Shown: positions 56,644 through 64,000 of the stretch, piece after piece
How positions within the stretch are numbered: the stretch's first letter is position 1
How the letters are laid out: each line of letters begins with the position of its first letter
From: Bugula neritina
Taxonomy: Eukaryota > Animalia > Bryozoa
DNA length: 64,000 nucleotides
Direction of reading: 5' to 3'
Assembly: GCA_964035545.1 (NCBI GenBank)
Contig: OZ037766.1
Coordinates: 15,738,722-15,802,721, forward strand
The notes under the pieces: model-generated
Seen by the model: the letters and a program-made list of their open reading frames with translations, nothing else
The model's database searches: none
What the model was told of the DNA's origin: nothing
Program-made: the position numbers and the translations under genes

Positions 56644-59393
56644 TTAGGTTACAGTTTTGAAAAATCTGTCCCCTCGTGTGCAAGCTATGCTTTGCATTAT
56701 AATAGGTAAAGCACAAATAATTACTCCGTATCCCAAGAAAAATGTTGTCATAACTCCAATACCTAACATTTCCACAAAGTGACCAATGATGGGCAGGAAT
56801 GAGATATCAGCTATACCAGAAGCAATTGAAGGTACCATAACTCCAGTAGCGGTAACAGTTATGTAGCGATTAGTCCAAGCAACTCCTGAAGGAAAGGTTG
56901 GACCAATAAAAAGTCCCAAACAGCATACAAAGACCCACAAGATGATGTCATTACCACTAAAGAAAAACAAGACTACAGCACTAACAAAACCTCCAACTCC
57001 TTCAATAAAAATGATATACTTCATATGAATCAAATTACTTCCAACAAAACCCAAAATCCGTCCTATTGTAAGAAATATCCAGTAGTTTGTCAAAAAGTTT
57101 TCAGCTTTACTTGGACTAAAGCAAGCTTGATTTCTTGCGTAAGAGTAAAGATATTTAGAACCAATTCTTTCTCCACTAACTGCTACATAGGCCCAGAGAA
57201 AAAGTAATACATAAAGGAAAAAAGCAAACATTGGATCACCAGGTGCACAAGTATTAAAGTTGAACATGTCTTTAATTGATTTTTCACTATTTCTGTTTGC
57301 ATCGTTATCTGAAACTTTTTCTTGCTTGCTTTTGCGAAAATAAAAAAAAATCCACAAACAACCTACTAAAGTAACAATTCCTGAAATAATGAAAAAGCCA
57401 TATTTGAAATTGGAAGAAGTATTGGTGAGAGTGCTTGCAGGTAGGTTTGTGGTGATATTAGATAACATTGAGTCAGTGCAATTTATGATATCAAATGTAG
57501 AGTTAGTGAAAGGTGGAGGTGCGACTTCACAGACAGAGCCGGTAATTGTCTTCTCATCTTTCGGAAGCTGCTTACTAATGAAAGGTTTCACAATTTGAGG
57601 GACGATAAAGCCACCGACCCCATAACCAACATGAACACTGTGAAGAGGTCCACTGGCTTTTTCTTTCCAAATATCCATGATAATTGTTTGACCAGCTGTA
57701 ACAGAAAGTGATGTTCAATTTGTTATGCATAATATTAGTGTAATAGCAAAATAATTATTTAAAGATAATTAATACTTAAAAACCTTGGATTAATAAGTAG
57801 TTATAAGTACTATAGTTGTACACCCAGCAATGGGAATTAGTAGCTATAACTGTAAAAAATTGATTGCATAGTTTCTAAAAATTGAGAACAGCATGCTGCA
57901 ATTTACCTAATTTAATAAATATAGGTACGGATGCATAATTGTATTTAAGTTGTAAGTTAGGATTACTATATGCATACAGTTTTTTTACAATGTACTGAGT
58001 CAGTGATTTTGCAATTTTTTTACACACCATCATAGCATTTTTCAAGAAATCTACTTTTTACACCCAATGCAAATAACCATTGTAAAAGCGAAACATAAAG
58101 GCCAAAACATATTATAAAAATATTACTTAATGCTAGGCTTCTACCCTCTTCTGCGGCAACCACTTCAAGTTTTAAAAAATATTGGAAAATTTATTGATGG
58201 TACTATAAAATGAAAATATAACCAATTAACTATACATAATTTCATGAAATTTTATTGAATGCTTACCGATATTTAGAAGAATATCTGCCCAACCAAGTAT
58301 AAAATTTATGACGCCAAAGCCAACAACGTAATGGCAGAATGGAATAGCCAAGTTTAGTCCGGCTGAAATCATCACACATACTACTAGGATAAGCTCAACT
58401 TTGTGGTGAAGCCTTTCAACAATGTATCCACCGCCTGGAAATGTAGAGCAATAACCACATACTTTTTAAAAAAATATTTGTGCTAATTTTAATTTATCCT
58501 AATTTCTGAATATATACAGTAGCTATGTACAATTCAGTATACTGCAGGTATATAACCACTGTTTTACAGTATAAAAGTTAATGTCTTGCTATGTGGTGTA
58601 AAATGGCAGCCTAAATTTATAAATTGTAATTTTCTAACATGTCTATATTATTAAAAGGAATTTCTATGGGACATTACATAAAATATTTTTAGTCTTCAAG
58701 TTGTTAATGCAAATTGAGATGTAAAGTTTTACCCAGAATACATCCACATAAGCCACCAACACCTTTCATAGATATAGCTTGAGACAGAGCACCATAGTTT
58801 GAGTTTGTTAGGGACATCAGATCTTGAAAGGTTGCTCCATTTACTTCTGACCACAAACCCTTCGAAACGGTAGGATTATTGAAATTTATTCATAAAACCA
58901 TTATAGTGAGTATAATTATAATGGGTAATTTTACTTACATAACTTTAATTTTCAAAGGATATTCCTGATGCAGTTAAACCATAATTTAATTAGAAATAAA
59001 AATCTTACCATACTAAACCAAGTCAGGATTAAAGAAAGTGTCTTCAATATTTTATGTAGTGTTGAGAGTTGCGTTTCCTCAATTGAGTCATCAGTTGGTT
59101 CATTATCCTCTGACTTTTCTTCAGATTGTAGAATTGGTGCCTATTTAAATTAATATTTATTATGTAACACAAGCAATGAGCGTTGAGTAATTTACAAATC
59201 TGTTGTTGAATTAATTGGCTTGACCTAGAGTACCAGAGAAAACTCTATCACATTTTCAAATGTTTTAAGTTATTGCGGTTTAGTTTTGACAATTTATAAG
59301 TCGCAATACACATTTTCTCTGCACACATGAATTAATCATTACTATACCATACCATACCTTTTCCTCCATCTCTTTTAGTTTGTAGGACTCCAT
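56644..59393 (-). CDS. MFSD4/NaGLT1-like major facilitator superfamily transporter copy B, intact (~504 aa). Exons: 59393-59358, 59140-59009, 58859-58733, 58434-58267, 57695-56644
   Basis: GT-AG, in-phase exons total 1515 nt. Multi-TM pattern with NGATFQDL, GGYIVERL, IWKEKASGPLHSVHVGYGVGGFIVPQIVKPF, long N-glycosylated loop, YWIFLTIGR and GPTFPSGVAW. Confidence 0.9.
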
Positions 59394-60564
59394 TACTTCT
59401 GTAGATCTTCACCGTCTGTTTTGGGGTAAATTTGATGGAAGTTGGTCTTGAACGTTTTCTAGTTCAAGCAACTATAATGCGCATATGCAAGAATTACCAT
59501 AGTCCAAGTTTTAAGTTTGCAGTGCTGCGAATAGAACATGATATGATTTTTAAGTGTTAAGATTGTTAGATGAGTAAATATTAGATGATAAAATACAAAG
59601 CGGTATAGAAATTTTATCAAAAAAAATCTTTTAAATTTGACTGCATCAATTGGATAATAGAATCATCAACTATGCCACAGCAAATAAGTTTTGTATTTTT
59701 GTCTTAGGCATTGCGAAAACTGTTTTTGGTCATTTTTGCAACTTTGACTAACAATTAGAAACGCTTAGAATTAATATATATAAAAAGATATGTGTTGTTG
59801 ATTAGAACATTAGTAAAATAATAATATAAAATTGTGTTTTTTAGTCAAGATTAAAATATCTACAAGTGAAGATTATTCTACAGTTATATTACAGAGGACC
59901 TATAATTATTTGAGGGGTATATTATATATAAAATAAAAAAAATGAGAGAAGAGGGGAAAAATTATTAAAATCAAGATGACTATAACTTGAACTGCTTGAA
60001 GGTGTTTTAACATATGTGGTATTGCTACCTAAAAGCTGAGAATAAAATATTATTCTCATGCAATGCCAGGTTAGTTGCATTTACCATGCAATTAATGTGG
60101 CTGTATAGGTGAATATGCATCCAAGTTTTCCAGCCAACATACTAGTTGATCACCGAGTACCAACTGTCTGCTTTTAAAAATTGTAGCTACCTTTCTATAA
60201 AAAAGCTATAGTGTTGTACTTTACTATATTATTTTTGTTACCAAACCATTCTACCATGTATTTGGCCACCTTTAATCACTTTTCATCGCCTGTGGTCTTG
60301 CGTGGTCTTGCGTGGGTAGCTAGCTGGTTAAACTCATTACTAATGTATTTATCAGTTATTTATTTTTAAATGATTTATTTGGCAATAAACTGTCATATTA
60401 GCCAGCAAGAGAGATATGCTTATAGATAGTGGTATATTTAGATAGAGCCTTTTTTTGTAATAGTTAACATTATACTGGTGCATTTTTAAACTAGAACTGT
60501 GTACCTATTGATAAGGGATTCCTAGAAAATTAGAAGCTTCATCCTTCTAGCTTAGGATATCTGT

Positions 60565-61470
60565 GTTGTGTTTGTTTGACAAGGGTCTGTCTCTGTTGAC
60601 AGTGCATAGCATTTTCAGTGCTGGTGTCTCGCACGTCTAGCCATAAGACTTTTAGCGTTGTTATCTGAGTCAAATGTCTGTCCGGTATGAAGGTTTTTCC
60701 TCCATTTAGCACAATTATAGGAAAGTGTGGTAAAGCTGCTGAGATTTGTATGAAAGTATTTGAGATCTGGCTTTAAAACATTTTTAGACTTTAGATAAGG
60801 TCTTTCTGTTTGACGGGATTCTTTCTGACAATACGTCATGAAGCAAAATGTGTGGAATGCGGCGCTTTGGCATGCAGTTTAAGTGACCAGCCCAACGAAG
60901 GTGGAGAAATTTTAGCTTTGGGGATAGAGAACCTGAACCTGTGAGTTGAAAAACATCTTTTTTTGTCATCTTGCTTTTCCAGCTTTTGCCAAGAATTTAC
61001 CTTAACTTCTGGTGTGAAACACACTGAGTTTTGATTCTTGGTGCCAATAAGTTGCCCAAGTCTCTGATCCATAAAGAAGAATGCTGAGAACCACGCTTCA
61101 TAGACACTAATTTTGGTGCAGATGCTAAGATGTCTGTTCTTCCAGACTAGGTTGTTTAGGCACCAAAAAACACTAGCAGCCTTTCCCAATCTAATTAATA
61201 TTTCTTGGTCAACTGTGGTGTTCTTAGTGAGAGTAGAACCAAGATAAGTAAATTTATCAACATCCTCAAGCTGATTCTGATTGATGGTAAATGTATGGGT
61301 CCTTGGAGATTGTGTGAGGGTTACAGTTTTCTTCACACTTATGGTTAGTCCAAAAAGATTACATGCATCACTAAAGCTGTTTAAACAGTTTTGAAGCTGT
61401 TCAGGGGATGACGCACAAAGTGCAGCATCATCAGCATATAGTAACTCATGAAGAACAAACTTTTGGACCT
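60565..61470 (-). mobile_element. RTE-type non-LTR retrotransposon, 3' part of RT (degenerate)
   Basis: Minus strand reads KVQKFVLHELLYADDAALCASSPEQLQ...FGLTISVKKT...VDKFTYLGSTL...RLGKAASVF...LRWAGHLNCMPKRRIP, with frameshifts. Confidence 0.9.
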
Positions 61471-63693
61471 ACAACCTACAACCAACTTGAGGATACTGTT
61501 GAAAAGGCATCACTTCCTGAGCATACTTTTCTGTTGGGAGACATGAGTGCTAGGGTGGGAACTGGCTACATGTCTTGGCCTGAATACCTTAAAAACGTTG
61601 GCGTTGGCAAAATAAATGAGAATAGAGTCAGTTTACTTCATTTAGTACACACCAGCAACTTATGACCTAACATTAATGTTTGCTCAAAATCAATTGAAAT
61701 TTACTATACATGGTGTTTTTATGTGTTGGTTTTAACTACGCATAACAGAAAAGGCTGGGAGAGGATTCCCCAACATTAAAGCACAGGTCATTGTCATATG
61801 CACTTAATATTCTATATGTGCGGACCGTTACGAAAAACGTAACCAAAACTAGCTGAATAATTAGGGAAAAACATAGGAAATGAAGCAAAATTAAAAAAAC
61901 CTTTGATTATTTAAGTGTATTTATTGGTGTTTTACTACCATGTTCATTACCAGCTAAATTGTAAAAAAATAGCCAAAAACTGAAGATATCCAGTGTGTAC
62001 TAAATTAAGTGAAATGACCCAATAGTCTGCGACTTTCATAATTCTGCAGTAGAAACTATTTATTCATCACAAACAGTTTCTTTCCTGGCAAACAGTGCAG
62101 AAAATTATCTTGGCACCATCTTCGCTCCAAGACTTGGCACCAACTTGACTCTGTGATTACTAGCCAAAACAGCAACTGGAAGTGCTCAATACACGTACCT
62201 ACCACAGTGCCGACTGTGACACTGATCACAGCCTTGTTGTGTCATCGATGGTATTACAAGCTAGGCCGTATAATTGCCAGTGTAGACAATCTATGAAGAT
62301 AGACGTGAGTAAAGCAGAATTACCTGAGCTTCGACAAAAATACTGGGATGCATTAAATACTAAGCTGGTAAGTTTGTGGAATTAGACACCGATGTTGAAA
62401 GTTGCTGGAACTACCTACAAAGTGTCATACACCAGTCCGCAATTGATACTTTTGGACGTCGAAGATGTTTAGATCCTGACTGGTATAGAGAATCACGTGA
62501 CACCATCGAGCCTATCTTTGAAAGGAAGCATGCAGCAATGCTTAAAATGAAATCAAGACTTTCTCGTTTTTCACTGGCTGAATATAGTGCTGCCTGAGCT
62601 TTGGCTCACAAAAACATTTCGTGAAAGTGTGCAGGTATTCTGGGGTTCATTATGTTCTAATATTGAAATAGCTAGAGACTCTGAAAACATGAAAAAAATG
62701 TTTACTGCCATCAAAACAGTCACAGGGCCTTCTACTCAAACCTGCAGCATACTGAAGGACAAAAATGACTCATTCATAGAAAACAATTCCCAAAAGCTTA
62801 ACTGCTGAGTAGAGCATTAAATTGAGCTATATGGGGCCGCAGGCATAGCTGATCATAATTATATTAATAAAATCTCAGACTTACCAGTCCTAGAACATTT
62901 GAATATGCCCTCAGATCTTTCTGAAATTATTACCGTTATTTAGAACCTTCGATCCGGTAAAGCTTCTGGCAGTGATAAAATTCCAGCAAAACTTTTAGAA
63001 GCTGGCTCAGGCCCACTAGCTAAATATCTACATTATCTGATGAATAAATGCTGGCTTTCTCAATCTGTATCACAAAGATTTAAAGATGCAAAAATCACTA
63101 CCCTGTACAGGAACAAAGGCGGAAGAGGTGACTGCAATAACTACCGTGGCATTTAATTATTGAGTGTCACTAGCAAAGTATTTGCAAAAATACTTCTCAA
63201 GCGCTTCCAACAAGTAGCTGATACAATTTACCCCGAGTCACAATGTGGGATCTGGGCACAATGATCAACAACAGACATGATCTTTGCTGTTCGCCAACTG
63301 ATGAAGAAGTCCTGTGAGCAGAGAAGACCACTTTTCTTGGCGTTTGTAGACCTTACAAAGGCATTTGATCTTGTGAATCAAAAAGCTCTGTTTACAGTAC
63401 TGGCCAAGGCTGGTTGTCTACGAACCCTGGTTGCCTTGATTAGGTCATCCCATAATGGCATGTTTGCCAAAGTTCAGTTTGACAGCCATTTGTCTGAGGC
63501 TTTTCCTATCAGAAAGGGTGTTAAGCTGGGATGCATGCTGGCTCCTACACTTTGTAGCATATATTTCTCATATGTTTTTAAAACAGTGCATGCTGACTTG
63601 AATGCAGATGCTGGTGTGTCTCTGCTTTCTCGAGATGATGGCAACTATTTCAACTTGGCACGATTTTGAGCCCGAACCAAGGTCCAAAAGTTT
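61471..63693 (+). mobile_element. Same RTE-type LINE, inverted 5' part (APE endonuclease to RT N-terminal half), degenerate
   Basis: YNQLEDTV...LLGDMSARVG, ITNSFF...SWHHLRSKTWHQLDSVI, ADCDTDHSLV, GDCNNYRGI, LFLAFVDLTKAFDLV, GVKLGCMLAPTL...NYFNLARF*ARTKVQKF. Multiple stops and frameshifts. Confidence 0.9.
61663..62062. mobile_element. ~400-bp unclassified insertion nested in the LINE endonuclease region
   Basis: The LINE frame ...HTSNL|FITNSFF is split exactly here, with TTA on both sides. Confidence 0.7.
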
Positions 63694-64000
63694 CTATATA
63701 TCTATAAAGGATATCTGTAAAGCAAGTAACTGTAGCAAAGCTAAATGTGATAAGGCTGCTATACTAACACATATAGAGAATTGTTTGTTTAATTACTATG
63801 TAAAACTTTAGGTTAGGACATTTGTGGCATGTTAAGTAGAATTTTAACCATTATTATAGAACCTATGTGAGAAAATCTTTTTAAAAAAGCGTCTATAGCC
63901 TATAGCTATAACCTCTAAGTTTATACTTCAAAGCTAAGGAATCAGTTATCAAAGTTTATTTCATACTATACCTGATATTTGAATAGTTTACTGAGTCTGT

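Overview
AT-rich, intron-containing DNA from an invertebrate animal (a lophotrochozoan is plausible but cannot be proven from this window). Most real genes are spliced, so the ORF track misses or fragments them; all gene models below were assembled by hand from splice sites and reading-frame phase. In order: (1) the 3' part of capicua (cic), ending in the C1 domain; (2) a ~743-aa secreted protein with a signal peptide, Lys-Gly-rich arm, ~300-aa Cys-studded coiled coil and C-type lectin domain (CTLD), plus an in-phase alternative last exon that would swap the ligand-binding half of the CTLD; (3) a CABIT-domain (GAREM/Themis-like) adaptor; (4) an 8-exon RhoGAP; (5) a head-to-head pair of near-identical genes for a 72-aa secreted Tyr/Asn/Gly-rich cationic peptide, compositionally like mussel foot protein 3, inside an old inverted duplication; (6) two tandem MFSD4/NaGLT1-like transporters, one apparently decaying; (7) a degenerate RTE-type LINE with 5'-inversion geometry. 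Also present are two copies of a TA-flanked TIR element, three tRNA-derived SINEs with a Meta-like core, and long microsatellites. The best candidates for undescribed biology are the Tyr-rich peptide pair and the coiled-coil/CTLD protein with a switchable C-terminus.
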